Shown: positions 26,850-35,288 of the stretch, piece by piece | Numbering within the stretch: position 1 is the first letter of the stretch | How the letters are laid out: every line of letters starts with the position of its first letter | Origin: Patescibacteria group bacterium | GTDB lineage: Bacteria > Patescibacteriota > Minisyncoccia > Phycocordibacterales > Zambryskibacteraceae | DNA: 36,939 bases | Assembly (NCBI GenBank): GCA_004322205.1 | Contig: SCSN01000004.1 | Location: 1 to 36,939 of the forward strand | Direction: 5' to 3' | The notes under the pieces: model-generated | Told to the model about the DNA's origin: nothing | What the model saw: only the letters and a program-made list of their open reading frames with translations | The model's database searches: none | Position numbers and translations under genes: made by a program

Positions 26850-29114
26850 ATGGCGGGAAAAGTTTTAATTGTTGAATCGCCGGCGAAAGCGAAGACAGTT
26901 TCAAAATATCTTGAAGGCGAGTATGAAGTGATCGCTAGTGTCGGTCATATCCGTGATCTGCCAAAAGGGAACAATGCCATCGACATCGAAGGCGGTTTCA
27001 TCCCTCACTATGAAATTGTCAAAGGTAAAGAAAAGGTAATAGAGAGCATCAAACGCCACGTTGCCAGAGCCGACGAAGTACTTCTTGCCACCGACCCCGA
27101 TCGCGAAGGAGAAGCAATTGCTTGGCACATCGCCCAAATCATCAAAGATGATTTGGGAAATTCAAAATCCCCTGCCCGTCCCCGCCTCGCCGGCAGGCAG
27201 GCGGCAGGCGGGAAAATTCAAAGCTCGAAAAGTAAGGGTCAAAAGATAAAGAGAATCACATATCACGAAATTACAAAAGAAGCTATTCAAGAAGCGCTGA
27301 AGCACCCACGTGACATAGATATAAATTTGAAAACAGCGCAAGAGGCCCGGAGAGTGCTTGATCGTTTGGTTGGCTATGACCTCTCGGGGCTTATCTGGAA
27401 GAAGGTGCGCTATGGATTATCCGCCGGCAGAGTGCAGTCCCCCGCCTTACGCATTCTTATGGAGCGGGAGCGCGAAATCCGCGCTTTCCTGCCGGAGGGA
27501 TTTTGGACGATCGCCGGGCAATTCAAAACCGAATCCGGCGACACCATTACCCTAACCTGTGAAGAAGAACCGCGTGACAAAAAAGAAGTTGATCGTATTG
27601 TTCGTGTCGGCAAGGCGAAACAGTGGTCAGTTGTTGATGTTAAGGAAACGGAAATAACGAGAGTTCCACGGGCGCCTTTCATTACCTCTACACTCCAGCA
27701 GGCCGCCAGTTCGCGGCTCGGTTTTTCACCCTCGCGCACTATGAGAATTGCCCAGCGGCTCTACGAAGCAGGGCTAATCACCTACATGCGAACGGATAGC
27801 ACAAGCTTAAGCGTCGCCGCTCAAAAGCACATTGCCGGGGTAATAGAGGAGAAGTTCGGAAAAGTAAATCTCTCCCCGCGAGTCTACAAAACCAAAAGCA
27901 AAACTGCCCAAGAGGCCCATGAAGCAATCCGCCCCACTGACGCTTCAAAGGAAGACGCCGGCGCAAACGAAGAGCAGAAGAAACTCTATAAGCTCATCTG
28001 GCAAAGGACAGTGGCCTCACAGATGGCAAATGCCAGAATTCTGCGCACCAAAGTCTCGGCAAACGTTACAAGCAAATCAATACCAGATTTTTCCGTCGTT
28101 GGTTCAAGAGTGCTCTTCGAAGGATGGCTCTCTGCAGACCCGCGAGCCAGACAGGAAGACATCGAACTTCCAAAACTTAAAGCGGGCGATCCGCTGACAC
28201 TTCTTTCTCTTGACTCCCAAGAGAAAGAAACGACCCCGCCACCGCGCTACTCCGAAGCCGGTCTCATCAAAGAGCTTGAAAAACGAGGCATCGGGCGCCC
28301 CTCGACATATGCCACTATCGTTGAGACGCTTGTGAACCGCGGTTATGTCACGAAAATTGAACGCTCACTCATGCCCACCGACACCGGCGATGTTGTCAGC
28401 TCGTTTCTGGAGAATAACTTCGCAAAGTACATCAGCGACTCCTTCACAGCCGAAATGGAAGACGAACTCGACGAGATTGCAGACGGCAAGCGTGAGTATG
28501 TTGCAACTTTGAAGAGTTTTTACGCGCCATTTTCCAAAGACGTTAAGGCTAAAGAAAAAATTGAAAAAATCACCACTTTGGGAGAGGCGGACAAAAAGTG
28601 GAAATGTCCAAAATGCGGGAGCGGTATGGTAATTAAACTCGGCCGCACCGGCAAATTCCTCTCCTGTGAGCGTTTCCCCGAATGCCACGGCGCGCGCACT
28701 ATTGACGGCGAGGCTCTCGATGGTCCCAAAGACACGGGTGAGGTTTGTCCTGAATGCGGCAAGGGTACGCTTGTTGAGCGCGACGGAAAATTCGGCAGAT
28801 TTATTGCCTGTTCCCGCTATCCCCGCTGCAAATACGTCAAACGAGACGAGGCAGAATTGGAAAAAATGAATACCGGAGTGAAATGCCCGCTCTGCGGCGA
28901 CGGTCTCATGATGGAACGGCGCGGGCGATACGGAGTGTTTTACTCGTGCAGCAATTATCCCAAATGCAAGAATGCCATAAAAGCAAAACCAACGGGACGC
29001 CTCTGCGACCTCTGCGGCTCGCTTATGATGCAAGGCACAAAGATCATACCAGAACGGTGCAGTAACAATAAATGTCTTAATTACAGACCAGATAAATTAG
29101 GCAAGCTGAAGTAG
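26850..29114 (+). CDS. topA: DNA topoisomerase I
   Basis: IVESPAKA, ATDPDREGEAI, SAGRVQS, ITYMRTDS, GIGRPSTY, C-terminal zinc ribbons. Confidence 0.98.
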   Translation: MAGKVLIVESPAKAKTVSKYLEGEYEVIASVGHIRDLPKGNNAIDIEGGFIPHYEIVKGKEKVIESIKRHVARADEVLLATDPDREGEAIAWHIAQIIKDDLGNSKSPARPRLAGRQAAGGKIQSSKSKGQKIKRITYHEITKEAIQEALKHPRDIDINLKTAQEARRVLDRLVGYDLSGLIWKKVRYGLSAGRVQSPALRILMEREREIRAFLPEGFWTIAGQFKTESGDTITLTCEEEPRDKKEVDRIVRVGKAKQWSVVDVKETEITRVPRAPFITSTLQQAASSRLGFSPSRTMRIAQRLYEAGLITYMRTDSTSLSVAAQKHIAGVIEEKFGKVNLSPRVYKTKSKTAQEAHEAIRPTDASKEDAGANEEQKKLYKLIWQRTVASQMANARILRTKVSANVTSKSIPDFSVVGSRVLFEGWLSADPRARQEDIELPKLKAGDPLTLLSLDSQEKETTPPPRYSEAGLIKELEKRGIGRPSTYATIVETLVNRGYVTKIERSLMPTDTGDVVSSFLENNFAKYISDSFTAEMEDELDEIADGKREYVATLKSFYAPFSKDVKAKEKIEKITTLGEADKKWKCPKCGSGMVIKLGRTGKFLSCERFPECHGARTIDGEALDGPKDTGEVCPECGKGTLVERDGKFGRFIACSRYPRCKYVKRDEAELEKMNTGVKCPLCGDGLMMERRGRYGVFYSCSNYPKCKNAIKAKPTGRLCDLCGSLMMQGTKIIPERCSNNKCLNYRPDKLGKLK

Positions 29115-29171
29115 CGCCGCAGTCCCGTAGTCAGCTTTGCTGTACTACTGGGATTCGTTCTGCTACTGGGA

Positions 29172-29255
29172 GAAGGCACGAAAACAATACCGGAGAGATG
29201 TTCAAACAAAACTTGCATTAACCACAATCCGCACAAGGCCAAGAATAAGGAATAA
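29172..29255 (+). pseudogene. Second, diverged copy of the topA 3' end
   Basis: EGTKTIPERCSNKTCINHNPHKAKNKE* versus topA end QGTKIIPERCSNNKCLNYRPDKLGKLK*. Confidence 0.85.
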
Positions 29256-29356
29256 CGAACAACTATAAGAACGGAATGACAATTTCGTTACCTGTGGAAT
29301 TACTTTTCTCTAAATAGAGTACAATAGAACACGGACGCACCCCTTAAGGAGGTGAT

Positions 29357-29614
29357 ATGTTCTACACCTTGCCCGCTGTCACGAAGAGCCAGATTGCATG
29401 GTACATTAAAACCTTCGTGGGCCTCTCCGACGTCGAGAAGGCAGTTCTGCGAGACCACCACAACATCCCGCAGGAAGATGAGGCACTGCCGAAAGGCTAC
29501 GGCCGAGGAACGTTCTTGTACACCGCAACTCTGGCGGATCTCTGGCGGCGGGGGTTTCTATACGCACCCCATCCACAGCCCCTCAAGACAGGGACACCCG
29601 CTCGCTCGCCGTAA
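29357..29614 (+). CDS. Small hypothetical protein
   Basis: Perfect SD TAAGGAGGTGAT; terminator at 29658-29689. Confidence 0.75.
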   Translation: MFYTLPAVTKSQIAWYIKTFVGLSDVEKAVLRDHHNIPQEDEALPKGYGRGTFLYTATLADLWRRGFLYAPHPQPLKTGTPARSP

Positions 29615-29793
29615 CGGCAAGATAAGTCGGGGACATGCAAATGCAAAAGTGAGTCCTAAGCTCGGCGCACACGCCGAGCTTTCGTTTTTCTGGCGCATAA
29701 GGATTACGAGGTTTAACCTCCGCTATGGAGGTTAAACCTCGTTTGCTTTGCATTTCCATTTGCCTTAATTTCCTGCTTCCCTAGAATAAGGAC

Positions 29794-31302
29794 ATGGATG
29801 ATGTTCAGAGCATCATATCGCTTCTTCATTCACCCTCGGAGAAAGACCGGGCGCTCATCGCTCAAGCGTTTGCTTTTGCGGCGGAAGTTCACAAGAGCCA
29901 TGTCCGTCTCTCCGGCGAGCCGTATATAATCCACCCCGTTGAAACCGTCAAAATTCTCGCCGAATACGGCATGGGGGCAACCACCATAGCGGCAGGTCTT
30001 CTTCATGATTCGATTGAAGACGGCAATATCGAACCGAAGATAATCGAGAGCGAATTTGGGGAAGAAGTCCTTTTTTTGGTTGAAGGAGTGACCAAGCTCG
30101 GCTCTCTCAAATACCGCGGCGCTGATCGGCACAACGAAAGTCTGCGCAAACTTTTTGTGGCGATGTCGCGCGACATTCGGGTGCTGATGATTAAACTCGC
30201 CGACCGCTTGCACAACATGCGCACTCTCTCTTTCGTCCCTGAGGAGAAGCGCGTCCGGATTGCCCGCGAGACTCTTGAGATTTACGCTCCTATCGCCTAC
30301 CGACTCGGCATCAGAAAACTCTCGCGCGAACTTGAAGATCTCGCTTTTCCATTTGTCTATCCGAAAGAGTACGAGGAAGTGCGAGGCGCCGCCGCGGAGC
30401 GGCGCAAAAAGCAGGAAGAAAGCCTTCAGAAATTCCTCAAGTCAGTCAAGAAGGCTCTGGCCAAAGAGGAAATCACCCGCGTCAGAACCGAGTACCGCGT
30501 CAAGGGGCTCTACAGTCTTTGGAAAAAACTCCATGCGCGGGAGAAAAACATTGACGAAGTTTACGATATCCTCGCTCTCCGCGTCGTTGTGCCTACGGTC
30601 CAGGATTGCTACCGCGTGCTTGGAGCAATCCACGCCTCATGGCGGCCGCTTCCGCACCAGATAGACGATTACATCGCCTTCCCCAAACCAAACGGCTATC
30701 AAGCTCTCCACACAACAGTTTTTACCGGCGACGGCAACATTGTTGAAGTGCAGATTAAGACTGAAGCGATGTATCAAAATGCCGAGTACGGCATTGCCTC
30801 ACACATCTCGTACAAGGAAGGGAAAATGAAAGGGGAAATCCCGGCAAGCTTGGTTTGGGCTGGAGCGCTGCTCCCGCAGGGTGCTACTCCGAGAGAGACG
30901 GTAAATCCCAACACCCTTCATAAAGATGTCCCGCAGTGGATCAACGAGCTTGTTTCGCACCACGAGGAAGAAGCAAGCGTTGACGTTTTCAACCACGGTC
31001 TGCGGAGCGATTTCTTTCAACACCGCATCTTCATTTTTACCCCCAAAGGTGACGTGGTTGATTTGCCGAAGGAATCATCGCCCGTTGACTTCGCTTACGC
31101 TATTCACTCCGATATCGGCAGCCACATGACAGGAGCGAAGGTAAACGGCAAGCTCGTTTCTCTTGACACACATTTGCAAAACGGCGACATCGTTGAAATT
31201 GTAACAAAGCTATCCGCCCATCCGACAGCAAAATGGCTGGAGTACGTAAAAACTTCGCTGGCGCGGCGGCGCATCAAGGCGTCAGTGCAAAAGCAAAGCT
31301 AA
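29794..31302 (+). CDS. RelA/SpoT family (p)ppGpp synthetase/hydrolase (HD + SYNTH + TGS, no ACT)
   Basis: R-SGEPYIIHP, LLHDSIED, KLADRLHNMRTL, PKPNGYQALH, EVQI, DFAYAIHS. Confidence 0.95.
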   Translation: MDDVQSIISLLHSPSEKDRALIAQAFAFAAEVHKSHVRLSGEPYIIHPVETVKILAEYGMGATTIAAGLLHDSIEDGNIEPKIIESEFGEEVLFLVEGVTKLGSLKYRGADRHNESLRKLFVAMSRDIRVLMIKLADRLHNMRTLSFVPEEKRVRIARETLEIYAPIAYRLGIRKLSRELEDLAFPFVYPKEYEEVRGAAAERRKKQEESLQKFLKSVKKALAKEEITRVRTEYRVKGLYSLWKKLHAREKNIDEVYDILALRVVVPTVQDCYRVLGAIHASWRPLPHQIDDYIAFPKPNGYQALHTTVFTGDGNIVEVQIKTEAMYQNAEYGIASHISYKEGKMKGEIPASLVWAGALLPQGATPRETVNPNTLHKDVPQWINELVSHHEEEASVDVFNHGLRSDFFQHRIFIFTPKGDVVDLPKESSPVDFAYAIHSDIGSHMTGAKVNGKLVSLDTHLQNGDIVEIVTKLSAHPTAKWLEYVKTSLARRRIKASVQKQS

Positions 31303-31303
31303 A

Positions 31304-32314
31304 CTAAATAGTAAAATTCCTCATCGAATAGAGATCATCGTCTTCGGAATTTGATTCACTGGGAGCGCGATCGTCAAGAGGAGTTTCCGAGTCGGCTTTT
31401 GCCACTTCAGGATGCTCGGCTTCCCGCCCAAGGCGGGCCAGCCTCGGGCTGGCAAGTTTTTCAAGGGAGTCGTTGGGACTCTTTTCAGCATTGCTCTGCA
31501 AGATGGCAAGCAAGCTGCGCAGATCATCGTTCGAAAAGAAGTCAATCATAACCTTGCCGCCGACGTCACGCCGCTCAATTTGAACGCGGGTGCCGAGCGC
31601 TTCTCGGAGTTTCTCCTCGAGCTCAATGATTTCGGGATCGATCGCCCGCTCCTTCTTGCGCACTTTGTCGTAAGCGATACGCCGAGCAATGCCCTCTGCT
31701 TCCCGCACATTAAGTTTCTTGAAAGTAATTTCTTTAAAAAGCACTGTCTGTTCATCGGGGCGGTCGCCAAGCATCATGAGCGGCCGGGCGTGGCCTTCGG
31801 AAATCTTCCCTTGGCTTAAGGAGTCCAAAATAAACTGCGGCAGGGAGAGCAGGCGCATGGTGTTGGAGACATATTCGCGGCTCTTGCCGATCTTGCCGGC
31901 AATGATGTGGTGTTTGAAACCAAACTCGCCCGCCAGCCGCTCGAAAGCGCGAGCGCGGTCAACAGGATTAAGATCTTCACGCTGAAGATTCTCAATAATG
32001 GAAAGCTCAAGCTTCATAAGGTCGGTGTCTTCGCCCGTTTTGATAAGCACCGGCACTTGAGAGAGTCCCGCCATTTTAGCGGCGCGAAGGCGCCGCTCAC
32101 CGGCAATGAGCTCATAGAGGACGCCGAGCCCGCCGTCCGGCTTTTCGTATTCGCGGCGCGTAACCACCAATGCTTGAAGCACACCGTACTGGCGGATGGA
32201 GTCAGCCAGACTTTTCATCTCGGCTTCATTGAACTCGCGACGTGGCTGATATGGATTCGGCTTGATCTTGTCAACGTCAATCCAGAAAACCGAGTCGTTG
32301 TAGAATTGAGTCAT
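31304..32314 (-). CDS. ParB/Spo0J family protein
   Basis: PNPYQPRR, GVLQ, IAGERRLRA, IENLQREDLNP, ISEGHAR. Confidence 0.95.
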   Translation of the reverse strand: MTQFYNDSVFWIDVDKIKPNPYQPRREFNEAEMKSLADSIRQYGVLQALVVTRREYEKPDGGLGVLYELIAGERRLRAAKMAGLSQVPVLIKTGEDTDLMKLELSIIENLQREDLNPVDRARAFERLAGEFGFKHHIIAGKIGKSREYVSNTMRLLSLPQFILDSLSQGKISEGHARPLMMLGDRPDEQTVLFKEITFKKLNVREAEGIARRIAYDKVRKKERAIDPEIIELEEKLREALGTRVQIERRDVGGKVMIDFFSNDDLRSLLAILQSNAEKSPNDSLEKLASPRLARLGREAEHPEVAKADSETPLDDRAPSESNSEDDDLYSMRNFTI

Positions 32315-32486
32315 GCTGAAATTTTATCACGAATAAAGAATAGCTAATAAGGAATTCTAATCAAGAAATTGAAAAAGACCACCAATGTAGTAGAGTGGTA
32401 CTCATCGCTGGGGTGGCGGAACCCCGAAGGACCCCGCGTATGCAGGGCCTGTGGGGCAGTCGGCAAATTTATCCCGCACAGTTGGT

Positions 32487-32567
32487 GGGCGAGTGATGGA
32501 ATGGCAGACATGCACGACTCAAAATCGTGTGCCGTAAGGCATGAGGGTTCGACTCCCTCCTCGCCCA
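32487..32567 (+). tRNA. tRNA-Leu(CAA)
   Basis: Cloverleaf with long variable arm; CACGA-CTCAAAA-TCGTG; GGTTCGACTCC; CCA not encoded. Confidence 0.95.
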
Positions 32568-32676
32568 CATTAAAGAACTTTGCGTTTTGAAAGCCAGATT
32601 GTGGGCCGCAAAATACAGCACTTTCGCCAGCTCGTTGTGCTTGATTTTTTAGATGTTTCGTGGTATTATTATAATA

Positions 32677-33540
32677 ATGACAAATCTGAAGCAAAAAACA
32701 CGGAAGATCAGGGTCAAAGGGAGATGGGTTACCATAGTCGCAATGCTCTCTCTCCTTCCCCTCTCTTTCGCGCTGGCAGAGCTTCCCAGCAATGAAACCC
32801 CATACCCGGAAAAACTCTACGCCCAATGTTTTGACAGCAAAGACAATGACGGCGACGGAAAAATCGACCTCAAGGACGTTGACTGTCCTAAATGCGCTGA
32901 CGGTATTGATAACGACGGCGACGGCTTTATAGATCAAGCTGATTCTGATTGCCCGAAGAAAATCGGGTTCTGGAGGCAAGCGGCGGCGGCAGTTCTTGGC
33001 GTTGATACGACAGACGAAGGCACAGCTGGTGCGGGATTTCCTTCAGGCGGCACTGTTGCCGCCGGAGGCACGATTGCGGCAGGGGGTGCACCTTGCAGCG
33101 GACGTGTTGTTGTTTTCCAACGGAGAGTGAGGACTGCGACGAGCTTTTATCTTCAGCCGGTTTATACTACCTGCATTAATCAAGTTGACGCCGGAGGAGA
33201 AATTGGAACAATAGACGACCCTCGCGACGTACCTGTGGGGGGCGAAATTTCTGCAGGCGGCAGGACCGCGAGCAGTGAACGTATCCAAGCTGGCGGAACA
33301 GTCCCCGCTGGTGGAACAATTAGTAGCGGCGGAACAATTACTACGGGTGGTACTCTTCCTGGAGGTGGCACCGTCACTTCAGGGGGCAAGATTATCGCTG
33401 GAGGTGCGGTGGAAGTTAGTAGCTCGATTAATGTTGGCGGCAAGATTCAGGGTGGCGGAATAGTTGACGCCGCTAGCTCCGTCATTTCCGGAGGAAGAGT
33501 CTCTGCAGGCGGTTCTATCCCTGCAGGCGGAACTATATAA
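32677..33540 (+). CDS. Exported protein with two C-D--DNDGDG--D--D-DC Ca-binding-like repeats and a Gly-rich hexapeptide solenoid
   Basis: Signal/TM N-terminus; repeats visible in the translation; start 32677 preferred over 32653. Confidence 0.8.
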   Translation: MTNLKQKTRKIRVKGRWVTIVAMLSLLPLSFALAELPSNETPYPEKLYAQCFDSKDNDGDGKIDLKDVDCPKCADGIDNDGDGFIDQADSDCPKKIGFWRQAAAAVLGVDTTDEGTAGAGFPSGGTVAAGGTIAAGGAPCSGRVVVFQRRVRTATSFYLQPVYTTCINQVDAGGEIGTIDDPRDVPVGGEISAGGRTASSERIQAGGTVPAGGTISSGGTITTGGTLPGGGTVTSGGKIIAGGAVEVSSSINVGGKIQGGGIVDAASSVISGGRVSAGGSIPAGGTI

Positions 33541-33547
33541 TTGGGGA

Positions 33548-34465
33548 ATGAAAAAGAGACTCCTTGTTGTCATCGGGCCGACGACATCGGGCAAGAGCGC
33601 TTTAGCGGTGGCGCTTGCCAAAAAATTTTCCGGCGAAGTTGTATCTGCCGATTCACGCCAAGTCTACAAGGATCTTGATATCGGCACGGGAAAAATCACG
33701 AGAAAAGAAAAGGCAGGGATTCCTCATCACTGCCTCGACATTGCTAGTTCCAAGCGCCAGATTACCGTCGAAGAATACCGCAAGCATGCCGAAAAAGCGC
33801 TCGAAGAAATCTGGGCGCGCGGAAAACTCCCCATCATAATCGGCGGAACCGGATTTTACATCCAGGCTCTGGTTGATAAAGTAGTTTTTCCTCATGTCCC
33901 GCCGAATAAGATACTGCGCAAGAGATTAGAGAAGAAATCTGCGCAGGAACTTTTTTTAATACTCAAAAAACTGGATCCTGCCCGCGCCCGAACAATTGAA
34001 CCAAAGAATCCGCGCAGACTTATCCGCGCCATAGAAATCGCCAAGACATTAGGCAAAGTGCCGCAGTTAAAAAGACGAAAGAAAGAACTTGATGCACTTT
34101 TCATGGGTATAAAAATTTCCCCGCAGATTCTCAAGAAAAATATTGAAAGACGGGCAATAGAAAGACTGCGCCAAGGAATGATTGCCGAAGCACAAAGACT
34201 CCGAGCGAGAGGGCTTTCACTCAAGCGAATGCGCGAACTCGGTTTGGAATACCGATATTTGGCTGACTTCCTGCAGGACAAAATTTCAAAAAAAGAGCTC
34301 CGCCAGAAAATTATCAGCGGCAATTGGCAATATGCCAAACGCCAATTGCGCTGGTTCAACCGCGATAAAAGAATTAAATGGTTTGATATCTCCAAAAAAC
34401 AAGAAAGGAAGAAACTCGAGAGGTCGGTGAGAAAGTTTCTTGATATTGACACAATTCAGAAATAG
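33548..34465 (+). CDS. miaA: tRNA dimethylallyltransferase
   Basis: GPTTSGKS, SADSRQVY, DIGTGK, PHH, GGTGFY, YAKRQ--WF. Confidence 0.97.
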   Translation: MKKRLLVVIGPTTSGKSALAVALAKKFSGEVVSADSRQVYKDLDIGTGKITRKEKAGIPHHCLDIASSKRQITVEEYRKHAEKALEEIWARGKLPIIIGGTGFYIQALVDKVVFPHVPPNKILRKRLEKKSAQELFLILKKLDPARARTIEPKNPRRLIRAIEIAKTLGKVPQLKRRKKELDALFMGIKISPQILKKNIERRAIERLRQGMIAEAQRLRARGLSLKRMRELGLEYRYLADFLQDKISKKELRQKIISGNWQYAKRQLRWFNRDKRIKWFDISKKQERKKLERSVRKFLDIDTIQK

Positions 34466-34524
34466 AGGTATTCTAAAAAGAGAAGGCTCACCAGACAACT
34501 TGGACAACTTGAAAGGGGCACAGT

Positions 34525-34887
34525 ATGTCGAAGAGAGACGAGTTCTTTTGGGGTTCACTCTTGCTGTCCGCTGTCCTTTGGTTTATCACCTTGCTAAGCA
34601 CCAAATGGCCAGCCAATCTTGTTGCAACCTCGTTCCTCGGCATGCTAGCAACGATAAACACGGCGATATTCGCTTTCCTGCTCGGAGAAAGGTTGCTTCG
34701 CGGGAAGCCGAGGCTACGAAAGATTGCGGCAGGAGGTGCTTGGCTCGCAAGCGTTTTCGTTACGCTCGTCGGCTGGTTCAGAGGTAATACACTGGAGGTA
34801 GGTGTAGCTCTGATCTTCATGATCTGCCTTGTGGCTTTCGGCGCCGGACTTTTCGATTCAGAGAGTGAAAAAGCACCTGTGGTATAA
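34525..34887 (+). CDS. Small 4-TM membrane protein
   Basis: TTGACA(34446)-17-TATTCT promoter, SD AAGGGG, terminator 34901-34950. Confidence 0.8.
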   Translation: MSKRDEFFWGSLLLSAVLWFITLLSTKWPANLVATSFLGMLATINTAIFAFLLGERLLRGKPRLRKIAAGGAWLASVFVTLVGWFRGNTLEVGVALIFMICLVAFGAGLFDSESEKAPVV

Positions 34888-34986
34888 TTCCAGCATCCCC
34901 GCCCCGTGAGATAGCGCGCACGCGCGCCAACTCACGGGGCGGTTTTTCTTTGAGAAAAAATTTGATACGATTGTGTGCAAATATAA

Positions 34987-35022
34987 AGGTGGTTGGTTGA
35001 GTGGCATAACTTCGGCCTCCAA
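34987..35022 (+). pseudogene. tRNA-Trp(CCA) 5' half (layer A)
   Basis: AGGTGGT-TG-GTTG-AGTGGCA-TAAC-T-TCGGC-CTCCAA; no matching intact 3' half found. Confidence 0.6.
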
Positions 35023-35046
35023 CCCAGCACATTATTAGAGGTCAAT

Positions 35047-35219
35047 GGGAGCTTAGTTAAGTGGTATAACTGCTGTCTCTCCGCCTGCGTATGGGTCTAT
35101 AGTTCAACGGTAGAACGATGGTCTCCAAAACCATTAATCCAGGTTCAAGTCCTGGTGGACCCGCAAATTTCGGCGGGCAGGCAAAACAGCGGTCGGAGGT
35201 TCGATTCCTCCAGCTCCCG
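35047..35219 (+). tRNA. Split tRNA, probably Trp(CCA), with a 102-nt anticodon insertion (layer B; exons 35047-35079 and 35182-35219)
   Basis: GGGAGCT/AGCTCCC-G, GTTA/TAAC, GCTGT/ACAGC and GGAGG-TTCGATT-CCTCC all pair perfectly. Confidence 0.85.
35093..35163 (+). tRNA. tRNA-Trp(CCA), intact, nested in layer B (layer C)
   Basis: GGGTCTA/TGGACCC-G, GTTC/GAAC, ATGGT-CTCCAAA-ACCAT, CCAGG-TTCAAGT-CCTGG. Confidence 0.95.
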
Positions 35220-35288
35220 CTAGAATGTGCTGGGCGAGTCCTGGTGGGCCCGCAAATATTAAACCCCGCCGTATGGCTGGGTTCAATG

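Noticed and set aside
35080-35181. Group I intron in the tRNA anticodon
   Set aside because: Only 102 nt, mostly occupied by a tRNA, with no recognisable catalytic core.
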